Notes under the pieces: model-generated | Database searches by the model: none | Told to the model about the DNA's origin: nothing | Seen by the model: only the letters and a program-made list of their open reading frames with translations | In this document: one piece after another, positions 26,449 through 39,280 of the stretch | Layout: each line of letters starts with the position of its first letter | How positions within the stretch are numbered: the first letter of the stretch is position 1 | Translations under genes and position numbers: made by a program | NCBI RefSeq assembly: GCF_009914755.1 | Contig: NC_060936.1 | Source of the DNA: the human T2T-CHM13v2.0 reference genome, Homo sapiens | Direction: 5' to 3' (one strand) | DNA length: 64,000 nt

Positions 26449-28609
26449 CTGAAACAAAAAAGAAGGAAATGAAGTGTTCTAAGGACAAAGACAAATGGTG
26501 TGAGTTAGGAGCTGGTCTAACAGCATATAAAGCCTGAATTTTCCAAAGTATTTTACCTGACTCTCTGGACTACCCCCCAAATAAACAAACAAACAAACCA
26601 ATAAAATCCAAATATGTATAAAACATATGCATGTTGAGCCTAGTCCTATAGGAAACATGACAGGTTTGAGAAGAATTTGATGCAAAATAAAATGGGATGA
26701 GATGTGATAACGATCAGGAAAATTAGGATCTAGTACTAGATGTGCACTAACTAAGCTCTATGACCCTGGGCACTTCACATCTTGGCTCTCAGTTTGTCTC
26801 TCTGTAAGATGGAGGTCCCTTACAGCTATTATATTCCAAGATTAAGAATCAAGTATGATACTTTCAATATTAATAAGTAACCATAAAAATTTTAAGCAAT
26901 TGGATTAATACCATCTTGAATTGAAATAAAACAATAAAAAATTTAAAATTTTTTTCTAAAAGTTGAAAATAAATGTTTTTTATTATATGAGTTTAGGTTT
27001 CCAAATATGTTTTTCTCCCATACTACATTTTCCTATAGCTTTGTGAAATAATATGAGATTAATCTTATGCCAGGCAGTCCAGTGGGTGCTCTGCAAACTT
27101 GGCTCTAGAGGAACTTGATAATTCAGATATAAGCCATGCAATTTTATATTTCAAATCAAAACTATCTAATGTATAATTAAGTTAAAATTCAACAGTTACA
27201 GTCTAGAATAGCCATCAATTCAGTTTTAAACACAGTGTATAAAATTTTAAGTCCTGCATTTTAGGTACTTGTGGGCTATTCAGCAGGGAAACTACTTTAG
27301 GCTAGTGAGATAAATATAAAATTTCATGTTGTAATATAATTTTGAGGCAGCATTAAATGGGTAAAATTCAGGTAGTAAGCCTAAAAATCCAAGATAACTA
27401 TAGAGATAAATAATTATTTTTGTAAATTATAATAATTCCCATATCTGTGATAATAATAGCAACTACAGATTTGTATAAGGCTTTAATTTATACAAATAAA
27501 TCTGTTTCAATTATTACAAATGTAATACAAGATACATATAATATGTATCGTGTTTACATTCTTACGGTATATTTTGAATGTGTTACATCATTTAAGTAAT
27601 AACATAATTTAGGCATTATTATCTTTATTCATTATTATCATCTCCATTTTATGGATATGGAAATTGATCAAATAAAACTTTAAAGAGCAAACAGGCTGCC
27701 TGAACTGGATGGAGAGATCATGGTGCTAACCACATCAAGGTTAGTTGTTAAGTTTCTCATCCTAGTGGAGTCTCAGTCAGATAATCATAATAGAAATGGA
27801 AAATGTATTTAGGCCACAAACAGATTTTCAGCATCTATTGATTTACTAATATAGCTTTTTGTTCCTTAATTTATTGATGCAGTGAATTACTTTGATTGAG
27901 TTGCTGCTGTTTAACCACCTTTCTATTCCTGGAGTAGATTCTACTAGGTTATAGATATTATCCACTTATTAAATTGCTGTACTCTCTTATAAAAATATCT
28001 AGACATACATTGACATATGAGATGATTGATTTTTTTAAAAAATTGGTATTATCTTAATTGGATTTAGGGATCAGCATTATATTAGCTTCAAAAAATGAAT
28101 GTTTTATCTTTTTCTATTGCCAGGAATAATTTAGAATTTATAGTGATACTCACACACCATGATCACTTTCTTTTCTCTCTTTATTGTATGTATCTGAAAA
28201 ATCCTAACCATGGCTAAATCTAATTCCCTGCCTATTCAGAGCAGCTTAACATGGTTGGGGGAAAATTAAGTTTCCTACTCTTTATGATGACTATTTCAGA
28301 CCTTCTTTCTTCTCCAGCACACAATGCCCCACATCACTCTCAATCAATAATCATTATTATTTCACTGAAAAAATAAAATAGAAAAAAAATCCTCACTCTT
28401 CCAGCAGTAAATCAGAAAATCTACTTGTATCAGGATGTATATACTCTCATTTCACTCCTTGGCAATAAATGAACTGTCCATGTTCCTCTAGTGAAGTCAA
28501 TACGTCCACCTATTCACTGGGTCTAAACTTTGCCTTATCAGGACTTCGCTACTCAAAAAAAAAATTTTTTTTAATTTCTCTTTTTTATCATTTTTTTCAC
28601 TTGCTACTT

Positions 28610-29110
28610 GTAAGAGATATTCCAGTCTGCCTTTCAGATTTCTCCTCAAGATAGTCACTAATTTCCCCCAAATGCCAGAAGTGTTGCCTACAGAGGTTTA
28701 CAGGAATTGCCTTGACCAACATGACACCACACATCCAGTGTTTTGTCAGTGGGTTTATTCAATTCCATGGCCTCAGTTGAGTTTTCTCTTAAGGGTCATC
28801 TCAGTTTCAGAGGTACATAAAGAATCCAATGAAATCTCTGTTACAGTTACATCACAGTTCAACTTCTTTTGTTCCACCTTATTCCTTTCACTCCTTTACT
28901 GTATTGTTCCCGAGAGCACTTCCCAATAAATCACCTACACGTAAATCTTAGTTGTAGAGTCTTTTTTTTCTGGGAAACCTAAGCTACAAAAGTTGTTGCC
29001 AGGGAATTGGATAAAATCTTCAATAGTAAGACATTCAGTAGAGAGGATAAATTAGTCCTACACAACAGGCTGCTATGGAATCATCTTAGCAAAGCTAAAA
29101 AGCCATTGTT
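28610..29110 (+). mobile_element. Old ERVL-type LTR plus start of internal region
   Basis: gagcacttcccaataaatcacc...tgggaaacctaag LTR end. Confidence 0.5.
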
Positions 29111-30076
29111 ATACAGATACCAAAATCAGACAGACTTTAATGAAAACAACAGGCCAATATCTTTCATGAATATATACACAAAAATCCTAAACAAATATTA
29201 GCAAATAAAGCTCAGCAATATGAAAGGAGGATAATGCATTATGACCAAGTGAGGTTTATCCCTGGGAATGCAAGGTTGAGTTAACATTTGAAATCAATCA
29301 ATGAAGTTCCTCGTATTAAAAAAAAAAGAAACCCTATAATCATCTTCATAGATGTGGAAAAGGCATTTGACAAAATTTAATATATATTCATGATGAAAAA
29401 CTCTCAGCATCTGAGGAAAAGGGAAACTTTCTCAACCTGATAAAGGGCATCTATGGAAACCTTACAATTAACAGGACAATGATGAAAAGCTGAATGTTTT
29501 CCTCCTAAGATTGAGAAAAAGCAAGAATGCCTACTTTCAAAATTCCATTTACCATCGTGCCAGAGGTTCTAGCCAGTACAGTGAGGCAAACTAAACAGAT
29601 AAGAAGTATACACATCAGAAAGAAAGCAATAAAATTATCTTTATTGACAGACATTATTATCACCTACATACGAAATACTACAGAACTTTAAAAGCTACTA
29701 AAACTAATAAGTGATTATACCAAATTTGCAACATACAAGGTCAATATATATCAGTAAACCATTGGACAGATCCTCCAAAGTCTTAAAGGCAGCCAGAGAG
29801 AAGAGGCATGTCAAATGCAAGGGAACTCCATCAGGCTAACAGTGGTCATTTTAGCAGAAACCTTACAAGTCAGAGAGGTTGGGGACCTATAGTCAGCATC
29901 CTTAAAGAAAAGCAATTCCAACCAAGAATTTCGTATCCATACAAACTAAACTTCATACGTGAAGGAGAAATATGATCCTTTCCAGACAAGCAAATGATAA
30001 GGGAATTCTTACCACCACGCCTGCCTTACAAAATGTCCTTAAGGGAGTGCTAAACATGGACATGAAAAAGCAGTAC

Positions 30077-30434
30077 TGTATTAGTCTGTTTTCACACTGC
30101 TAATAAAGACATACCCAAGACTGGGTAATTTATAAAGGAAAGAGGTTTAATTGACTCATGGATCCACATGGCTGGGGAGGCCTCACAATTATGGTGGAAG
30201 AACAAGGGATGTCTTATATGGCAGCAGGCAAGAGAAAATAAGAGCCAAGTGAAAGGGGAAACCCCTTATCAAATCATCAGATCTCGTGAGACTTATTCAC
30301 TACCACGAGAACAGTATGGGGAAAAACACCCCCATGATTCAGTTATCTCCCACTGGGTCCCTCCCACAACACATGGGAATTATGGGAGCTACAGTTCAAG
30401 ATGAGATTTGGGTGGGGACACCCAAACCATATCA
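30077..30434 (-). mobile_element. THE1B/C solo LTR
   Basis: tgtattagtc...aaaccatatca; perfect TSD agtac. Confidence 0.93.
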
Positions 30435-31410
30435 AGTACTTTCCACCAAAAAAATACACTCAAGTACAAGGCCACTGAAACTATAAAGCAACTATATAAT
30501 AAAGTCTACATAACAACCAGGTAAAAACACAATGACAGGATCAAACACACACACATCAATACTAACCTTGAATGCAAACAGGCTAAATGCCCCAATTCAA
30601 AGGCACACAGTGACAAGTTGGGTAAATAAGTAAGACCCAGCTATGTGTTGTTAAGAGACCCATCTCACATGCAATGACACCGATAGGCTCAAAATAAAGG
30701 GACGGAGAAATATCTATCAAGCAAACAGAAAACACAAAAGGGCAGAGGTTGCTATTCTTATTTGAGACAAAACAGATTTTAAACCAACAATGATCAAAAG
30801 GGACAAAGAATGGCATTACATAATGAGAAAGGGTTCAATTCAACAAGAATACTTAACTGTCCTAGATATATAGGCACCCAACACCAGAGAACCCAGACTT
30901 ATAAAACAAATTATTACAGACCTACAATGATACTTAGATAACCACACAATAATAGTGGAAGACTTCAACACCCCACTAGATCATTGAGACAAAAAATTAA
31001 CAAGATATTCAGGACCTCAACTCAACACTTGACCAAATGGACCTAACAGACATCTCTAGAATACTTCACCCAACAACACAAGAATATACATTCTTCTCAT
31101 CTACACAGCACATACTCTAAGATCAAACACACACTTGGCTGTAAAGCAATTCTCAGCAAATTCAAAGAAACCAAAATCATACCAATCACACTCTTGGACC
31201 ACAGCACAGTAAAAATAGAAATCAATAACAAGAAGATCTCTCAAGACCACACAATTACATGGAAATTAAACAAGCTGCTTCTGAATGACTTTTGAGTAAA
31301 AGACAAAATTAAGGCAGAAATTTAAAAATTCTTTGAAACTAATGAAAACAAAGATACAGCATGCCAGAATCTCTGAGACACAGCTAAAGTAGTTTTAAGA
31401 GGACAGGTTT

Positions 31411-31611
31411 TTCTTTTTTTCAAGTTTTATTTTAGATTTAGTGGATACATGTGTGTGCTTGTTACCTAGGTATATTGGGTGATGCTGAGGTTTGGAGTAT
31501 AAATGATCCCACCATCCAGGTACTGAGCATAGTACCCAATACTTAGTTTTTCAACTCTCACTCCCCTCACTATCTCTTCCATCTAGTAGACCCTAGTGTC
31601 TACTGTTGACA
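31411..31611 (-). mobile_element. Short 5'-truncated L1 3' end, antisense inside the host L1
   Basis: L1 3'UTR with T-tract; degenerate TSD taagaggacaggttt / taagatgaaagttt. Confidence 0.8.
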
Positions 31612-31715
31612 TAAGATGAAAGTTTATAGCACTAGAAACCTACATTAAGAAGTTAAAAATGTCTCAAATTAACAACCAAACATTGCACCTAGAGGAACTA
31701 AAAAAATAAAAGTAA

Positions 31716-31952
31716 TACATGCAGGAATTTTGTAGAGGGGAGTTTAAAAAAGCAGCAGAAAATAATTACCCTGAATCTCAAGACCTAGAAATACTGATAT
31801 TGTTTTGATATATTTCCATCCAGTCTTTCTCTGAGTTTTTTTTACCCAGTTAAGATTATACTGTGTACATGCAATTTTCTGTCCTGCTATTTCACTTAAC
31901 AAATGTCTTAAACATTTCTCCTTGTCATTAAAAACTCTCTGTTCACATCAAA

Positions 31953-31989
<37 letters not shown>
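31716..31989 (+). other. Retroposed orphan insertion with (AATA)n tail
   Basis: TSD aaataaaag(t/c)aa; ATTAAA shortly before the tail; interrupts contiguous L1 ORF2. Confidence 0.7.
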
Positions 31990-31995
<6 letters not shown>

Positions 31996-34900
31996 AAGCA
32001 AACCAACCCCGATGCTAGCAGAAGAAAAAAAATAAACAACATGACAGCTGAACTAAACAAAACTGAGATGTAAAAATCCATACTAAAGATCAACAAGACC
32101 AAAACTTTGTTGAAAAAATAAATAAGATCAATAGACTGCTGGATAGATTAATTAAAAAAGAGAGAGAAGATCCAAATAAAAACAATCAGAAATGACAAAA
32201 GGGATATTACCACCAGCCCCACATAAATACAAAAAAACCCTCAGAGACAATTATAAACACTTCTATGCACAGAAACTAGAAGAAATGTATAAATTCCTGG
32301 AAACATACAACCTCCCAAGACTGAACCAGGAGGAAACTGAAACACTGAACACATCTATAAGGAGTTCCAAAACTGAATCTGTAATAATAAAAATAATAAA
32401 CCCTACCAACAGAAAAAGCCCTGGACCAGATGGATCCACCGCTGAATTCTACTGCATGTATAAAAAGCTGGAAACCATTACTATTAAAATTATTCAAAAA
32501 GAATTAAGGAGGAGGGACTCCTTCCTATCTCATCCTATAAGGCCAGCACCATTTTGAAACCAAAACCTGACAGAGACGCAAGAGAAAACTACAGGCCAAT
32601 ATCTCTGATGAACATAGATGTAAAAGTCCCAAACTAAATATTAGCAAACCAAATCCAGCTGTGATCAAAAAGTTAATTCACCCCAATCAAGTAGGCTTCA
32701 TTCCTGGGATGCAAGGTTAGTTCAATATGCACAAATCAATAAATGTGATTCACCACAAACAGAAGTAAAAATAAAACCATATGATTTTGTCAATAGACAT
32801 GGAAAAAGTCTTTGATAAAATCCAACATCCCTTCATGATAAAAACCCTCAACAAATTAGATATCAAATGAACATACCTCAAAACAACAAGAGTCATCTAT
32901 GACAAACCCACAGCCAACATCATGTCAAATGGGCAAAAGCTGGAAGCATTCCCCATGAGAAATGACTGCACACCCACTAACCACTCCTATTTATAACAGC
33001 ACTAAAGGTCCTAGCCAGAGCAATCAGGCAAGAGAAAGAAATAAAAGACATCCAAATAAAAGGAGAGGAAGTCAAACTATTTGTCTTTGCAGATTATGAT
33101 TCTACACTTAGAAAACCCCACAGTCTCTGCCCAAAAGCTCCTAGAATAAACAACTTCAGCAAAGTTTCAGAATACAAAATTTATTACAAAAATGAATAGC
33201 ATTTCTATACACCAATAATCCAAGCTGAGAGACAAATCAAGAATGCAATCCCAATCACAACAGCCACAAAAAGAATAAAATGCCTAGGAATACAGGTAAC
33301 CAGGGAGGTGAAAGATCACTACAATTAGAATTACAAACACTGCTGAAAGAAATGAGAGACAACATAAACATATGGAAAAACATTCCATGCTCATGGATAG
33401 GAAGAATCAATATCATTAAAATGGCCATGCTGCCCATAGCAATTTACAGATTCAGTGATATTCCTGTGAAACTACCAACATCATTTTTCACAAAATTAGA
33501 AAAAAATGATTCTAAGATTTATCTGGAACCAAAAATGAAGTCAAATAGCCAAAACAATCCTAAACAAAAAGAACAATGCCAGTGACATACATTACCTGAC
33601 TTTAAACTATACTACAAGTCTAGAGTAACCAAAACAGCATGGTACTGGTTCAAAAACATATACACAGACCAACGGAACAGATTAAAAAACCCAGAAATAA
33701 AGCTGCACACCTAAAACCAACTGATCTTCAAAAAAGTTGACAATAACAAGCAATGGGGAAAGGACACCCTATTCTATAAATTGTGCTGGAATAGCTGACT
33801 ACCCATATGCAGAAGATTGAAACTGGATCCCTTCCTTTCACTATATACAAAAGTCAACTCGAGTTGGATTAAACACTTAAATATAAGACTTAAAATGTTT
33901 AAAACTTTAGAAGAAAACCTGGGACGTATCATTTTGGACATAGGTCTGGGCAAAGACTTCACGATGAAGTCTCCAAAAGCAATGGAAACAAAAACAATCA
34001 AAGATAAGTGGGATCTAATTAAACTAAAGAGCTTCTACACAGCCAAAGACACTATTCAACAGAGTACACAGACAATCTACAGAATGGGAGAAAATATTTG
34101 CAAACTATGCATCCATCAAAGGCCTAATAGCTAGAATCTATAAGAAACATAACAAAATCAACAACAAAAACAAATAACCCCATTAAAAAGTGGGTAAAGG
34201 ACATGAACAGACACTTCCAAAAAGGAGACATACATGTAGCCAACAATCACATGAAAGAATGCTTAGCAACACTAATCATCAGAGAAATGCAAATCAAAAC
34301 CACACTGAAATACAACCTCATATCAGTCAGAATGACTATTATTAAAAAGGCAAAAAATGACAGATGCTTGCAAAGTTACAGAGAAAAGGGAATGCTCATA
34401 CTTTATTGGTTGGCATGTAAATTAGTCCACCCATAGCAGAAAGCAGTCTGGAAATTTCTCAAAGAATTTAAGTCAGAACTACCATTCAATCCAGCAATCC
34501 TATTACTGGATATATACTGAAAGGAAAATAAATCGTTCCACCAAAAAAAAATGTACACTCATATGTTCATTGCAGCACTATTCACAACAGCAAAGACATG
34601 AAATCAACCTAAATGCCCATCAATGGAGGACTGGATAAAGAAAATGTGGTATACACACCATTGAATACTATGCAGCCATAAAAAGGAATGAAATTATGTC
34701 CTTTGCATCAACATGGATGCAGCTAGAAACCATTATTCTAAGCAAATTAACATAGGAACAGAAAACCAAATACCACATATTGTCACTTATAAGTGACAGC
34801 TAAACACTGAGTACACATAGACACAAAGCAGGGAACAAACACTGGGGCCTACTTGAGGGTAGAGGGTTGGAGGACTGTGAGGGTTGAAAAATTACCTACC

Positions 34901-36269
34901 AGGTACTATGCTCACTACCTGGGTGACAAAATCATTTGTACACCAAACACCAGCAACACACAATTTACCCATGTAACAAACCTGCACATGCACCCCTGAA
35001 CCTAAAAGTTGAAAGAGAAAAAAAATTAAAAATTAAAATTAATAAAATCATTTATAATATGTTCAAAAATATGACCTATTAGGGATAAATATAATGACAG
35101 AACATTGCTCAAAGAAATTTGAAACTGGAGAACATTATGTTATGTGAAATAAGCCAGGCATAGAAAGACAAATATTGCATGTATTTACTCATATGTTGGA
35201 GCTAATAAAAATGATCTCATAGGGGTAGAATGGTGGCTACCAGAGGTTGGGAAGGGTAGCGAAGCGGGGGATGGTGAAGAGAAATTGGTTAATGGGTAAA
35301 AAAATATGGTTAGACCTAAGGAATAAGTTCTATTGTTCAATAGCACAGTAGGATCACTATAGTTAATGATAATTTATTGTATATTTCAAAATAGCTAGAA
35401 GATTTAAAATGTTCCCAATACATAGAAATGATCAATATTTGAGGTAATGAATATCCCAGTTAACTGGATTTGATAATTACCTGGTGTTTGCATGTACCAA
35501 TGTGCCACATGTACCCCACAAATATGTACAATCATTATGTGCCAATTTAAATAAAAATCAAGTCCTAAATTAAGGTAGCTATGCATGATGTTCATGGATA
35601 GAAAATTCATTATTTATAAGATGCCAATTCTTTCCAAATTGACCTATATATTCAGTGCAATCACAGTAAATACCCCAGGATTTCTATAATTTCTATATAT
35701 TATAGAAATTGATGGGCTGATTCTAAGATAAATAAGGAAACGCAAAGTACCTAGAACAACCAGAACAATTTGACAAAGAACAATATTGGGAAATTAACAC
35801 TATTTGATTTCAAGACTTAATACAAAAGTAGAGTGATCAAAACTGCATGGGTTTTGACATAAGAATAGGCACAGAGATCAGTGGAATAAAATAAGAGTGT
35901 CCAGAAATAAACTCACCAGATGTGACCATTTGATTTTCTACAGTGACACCAAGGTAATTAAATAGGAAAATAATGAAATTTTCAACAAATGGCACAGAAA
36001 CATTTGGATATCCAAATACAAAGGAAATGAACCTCAAACCTTACACCATATATAAAAAAGTAACTTAAAATGTAAAATAGACTTAAATGTAGGCCCTAAA
36101 CTAAAATTTCTAAAGAAAAATATAGGGTAAAATCTTTGTAACTTTGGCTTGGGTACAGATGTCTCTGAATACTTAAAGCACAAATCATAAAATAAAAGAC
36201 TGATAATTTGAAAATCACCAAAATAAAACATCATTTCTTCAAAACACACTGTTAAGAAAATGAAAAGTC

Positions 36270-36581
36270 GGCCGGGCGCGGTGGCTCACGCCTGTAATCC
36301 CAGCACTTTGGGAGGCCGAGGCGGGTGGATCATGAGGTCAGGAGATCGAGACCATCCTGGCTAACAAGGTGAAACCCCGTCTCTACTAAAAATACAAAAA
36401 AATTAGCCGGGCGCGGTGGCGGGCGCCTGTAGTCCCAGCTACTCGGGAGGCTGAGGCAGGAGAATGGCGTCAACCCGGGAAGCGGAGCTTGCAGTGAGCC
36501 GAGATTGCGCCACTGCAGTCCGCAGTCCAGCCTGGGCGACAGAGCGAGACTCCGTCTCAAAAAAAAAAAAAAAAAAGAAAA
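36270..36581 (+). mobile_element. AluYb8 (human-specific)
   Basis: 7-bp duplication gcagtccgcagtcc plus ctaacaagg and gggaagcgg diagnostics; 16-bp TSD aagaaaatgaaaagtc. Confidence 0.95.
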
Positions 36582-37783
36582 AAGAAAATGAAAAGTCAAG
36601 CCATAAACTTGGATTAAACATACATCTGATAAAACACTTGTATCAAAACACATAAAGAATTCTTACAACTCAATAATAAGACTAACTGGTTTTTGTTTAA
36701 TCATTGAAAGATATAAAGATACTTTATAAAAGAATATATATGAATGGCAAATAATAAGCACAAAAAAGATGCTTAACATCATTGATCATTAGGGAAATGC
36801 AAATAACATACCAGAACATACTCTTTAGAATGGCCAATAATAAGAATATGAACAATACCAAGTGATGGAAATTATTGAATCAACCAGAACTCTCAGACAT
36901 TCCTGATGGGAATGCAAAATGGCTTAGCCATTTTGGAAAACAATTCAGCAGTTTCTTTTAAACATATATTTACCATAAGACTATGTAATCCCACATCTAG
37001 GTATTTTTTAAAAAAAAAAGACAGAGATGAAAACATTTGTCCACACAAAGACTTGTACTTGAATGTTCAAAGCAACTTTTTTCATAATAGCCAAAAAACA
37101 ATCAAATGTTCATCGACTGATCAATCTAAAAACAAACTGTTCAATATCCATAAAAAATAATGCTACTCAGCAATGAAAGGGACAGACAACTAATATGTGG
37201 ATGAACCTGAAAACATTATGCTATGTGAATGAATTCAGGACACAAAAGAATGCATAGTATCTGGTTCTATTAGTATGTAAATGAAGACAACGCAATACTA
37301 TGTGATCTGTGAAAGCAAACAGATCAAAGATTGCTTAAGTCAAGATAATGAGGGGATTGATTGCAAAGGTAAATAAGGGAATGTTTTTAAGATGACAGGA
37401 ATGCTCTAAATCTTAAGGCAAATCTTTGACAGTTATCAAACCTCATCAAATTGTATAACTACAATTCATGAATTTCATTGTATGTAAATGACATGTCAAT
37501 AAAAAAAATCAAAAGTATCAGACACCAAAATAAATATTCAAAATTTATTTTTGGAAAAGTGTTGATGGCTATATTTTACAAAATATTTCACCCTCTATTT
37601 TCCTGAAATACCTGTCCCCCTTTGGTGTACTTATATTATTTGATTTACATGAAGCTTTGTAGGAACACCTCTAAATCTAGATATGAGAAATGCTTATTGT
37701 ACCACTATCTAAAATTGTGTTTTGTCACAAACCAAGTGCTTTAAGATCTAAAGATGGTGAAGGATACAACACATACAGTCTAC

Positions 37784-37953
37784 CCTGGAAGACTATGTCA
37801 TTGGTTTTTTTGTTGCACATACAGTACACTCTATTGCTTTGGGATCACCAAAATTAATCACTTCAACTAAAGGTACATGTTGGTTTTTCTCCATTCCAAG
37901 AGAGTAACAACACAACTGATTATTCTTAGTGTGTGAGCTGAGTAATGAAAAAC
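37784..37953 (-). pseudogene. Candidate pseudo-exon (cadherin EC-like)
   Basis: Acceptor ttcatgtttctgtag, donor GG|gtagac. SLGMEKNQHVPLVEVINFGDPKAIECTVC then a shift to KTNDIVF resembles LD.E...H.L.V.V.D.G.P...TV...D.ND..F. Confidence 0.65.
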
Positions 37954-38602
37954 CTACAGAAACATGAATATAAATGGAAGTATATAAACTGTCATTTCTT
38001 AAAAGTAGGTCTTCAGGATAGAATGGGGAAGGAAGAATTACAATAATTAATTGTAAACATTTAAGATTCTCAGTGTGCTAGGTACTGTGCATAATGCAGT
38101 GGCTATAAATTAATGAATGGTACTGATTTGAACCACATTATACCTATTTTTCTTTATATTTCCAACAAATGACTAACACTATTTTATGATCAGTTCTTTT
38201 TCCACTGGAATTACTCCATTAATAAATGACTTTTTAGATCAAATGGCTGTGAAGTAAGTTAAAAAATATGAAAATCATATATAAGCAAAGATAAATTCAG
38301 GGTGCTTCTTTTTTTTCAATTAATGCCAAATTATTTTTCAGGATATGCAGCATTTTATAAAATTCCTAGGCAAGTTAAAGCACAGATCAACAAATATTTA
38401 TGAAACTCCCATATTCTACAACACTATATTCCATATGGTAGGATAAGCAACAGAAACAGTGTGGGATCCAAAGGACTTTAATTTTAATTGAGGAACTAAA
38501 ACACAGGTACATAGATTCGCATATATGTTATTAATGCCATTTCTTCACAGCAATACTGGCACATGCCTGCTCCCTTAAATTACTTTGCCTATTCAAAATT
38601 AC

Positions 38603-38735
38603 CTGTCAATGTTAGAGTTGGCCTCTTGAGGCCCATTTTTCTGAAAAAATGAAGTGTATCATTCTGCTCTTAAACAGAGACTCTAGAGCCCCTTTTTCCT
38701 TTTTCACAACAGGGTTCATTTTAGAAAATGTGTAG
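38603..38735 (-). pseudogene. Candidate pseudo-exon
   Basis: Long pyrimidine tract ending ctggcag, donor AG|gtaatt. Phase-compatible with the upstream exon (GG|C). Reads YTFSKMNPVVKKE... and, after a shift, ...NSNID. Confidence 0.5.
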
Positions 38736-38978
38736 CTGCCAGATATGACAATGTAAAAAGGTAGGCAGAGAAGGAGATAAACACAGAAAGAACAGAAAGG
38801 TGAATTAGGCATTTAACAATTTATTCAGAAAAATGTGCCAGCACCTCAATTTTATAAAGTCATGGGCAAAAGCTTATGAAAATTGATTTAGCAAAACAAA
38901 GCCCAGGGAAATACAATAATGCATTTCCAACTTCACATGGCTTTTATGTGAAATTCTTCTATATTAAAACATACTATA

Positions 38979-39260
38979 GGCCAGGCACCATGGCTCACAT
39001 CTGTAATTCCAGGACTTTGTGAAGCCGAGGAGGGAGGACTGCTTGAGCCCAGGAGTTTGAGATGAGCCTGGTCAACATGGTGAAACTCCGTCTCAATGAA
39101 AAATACAAAAATTAGTGGGTGTGATGCTGCATGCCTGTAGTCCCAACTACTGGGAGGCTGAGTTAAAGGATTGTTTGAGCCCAGGAGACCGAGGCTGCAG
39201 CGAGCTGTGACTGCATCACTGTACTCCAGCCTGGGTGACACAGCAAGATCCTGTTTTGAG
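38979..39260 (+). mobile_element. AluJ
   Basis: Diverged Alu (gcttgagcccaggagtttgag); its tail is interrupted by THE1. Confidence 0.9.
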
Positions 39261-39280
39261 AGAGAAATATATATATATAT

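Larger units (their letters stand above)
29756..35045 (+). mobile_element. 5'-truncated L1PA/PB (late ORF1, ORF2, 3'UTR)
   Basis: ORF2 remnants ([35 protein letters not shown]); A-rich tail at ~35015-35045. Confidence 0.92.
29110..37510 (+). mobile_element. Old L1M ORF2/3'UTR hosting younger nested L1s
   Basis: ORF2-like at 29110-29755, resuming at ~35045-37510; an L1MA 3' end at ~35120-35557. Confidence 0.75.
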
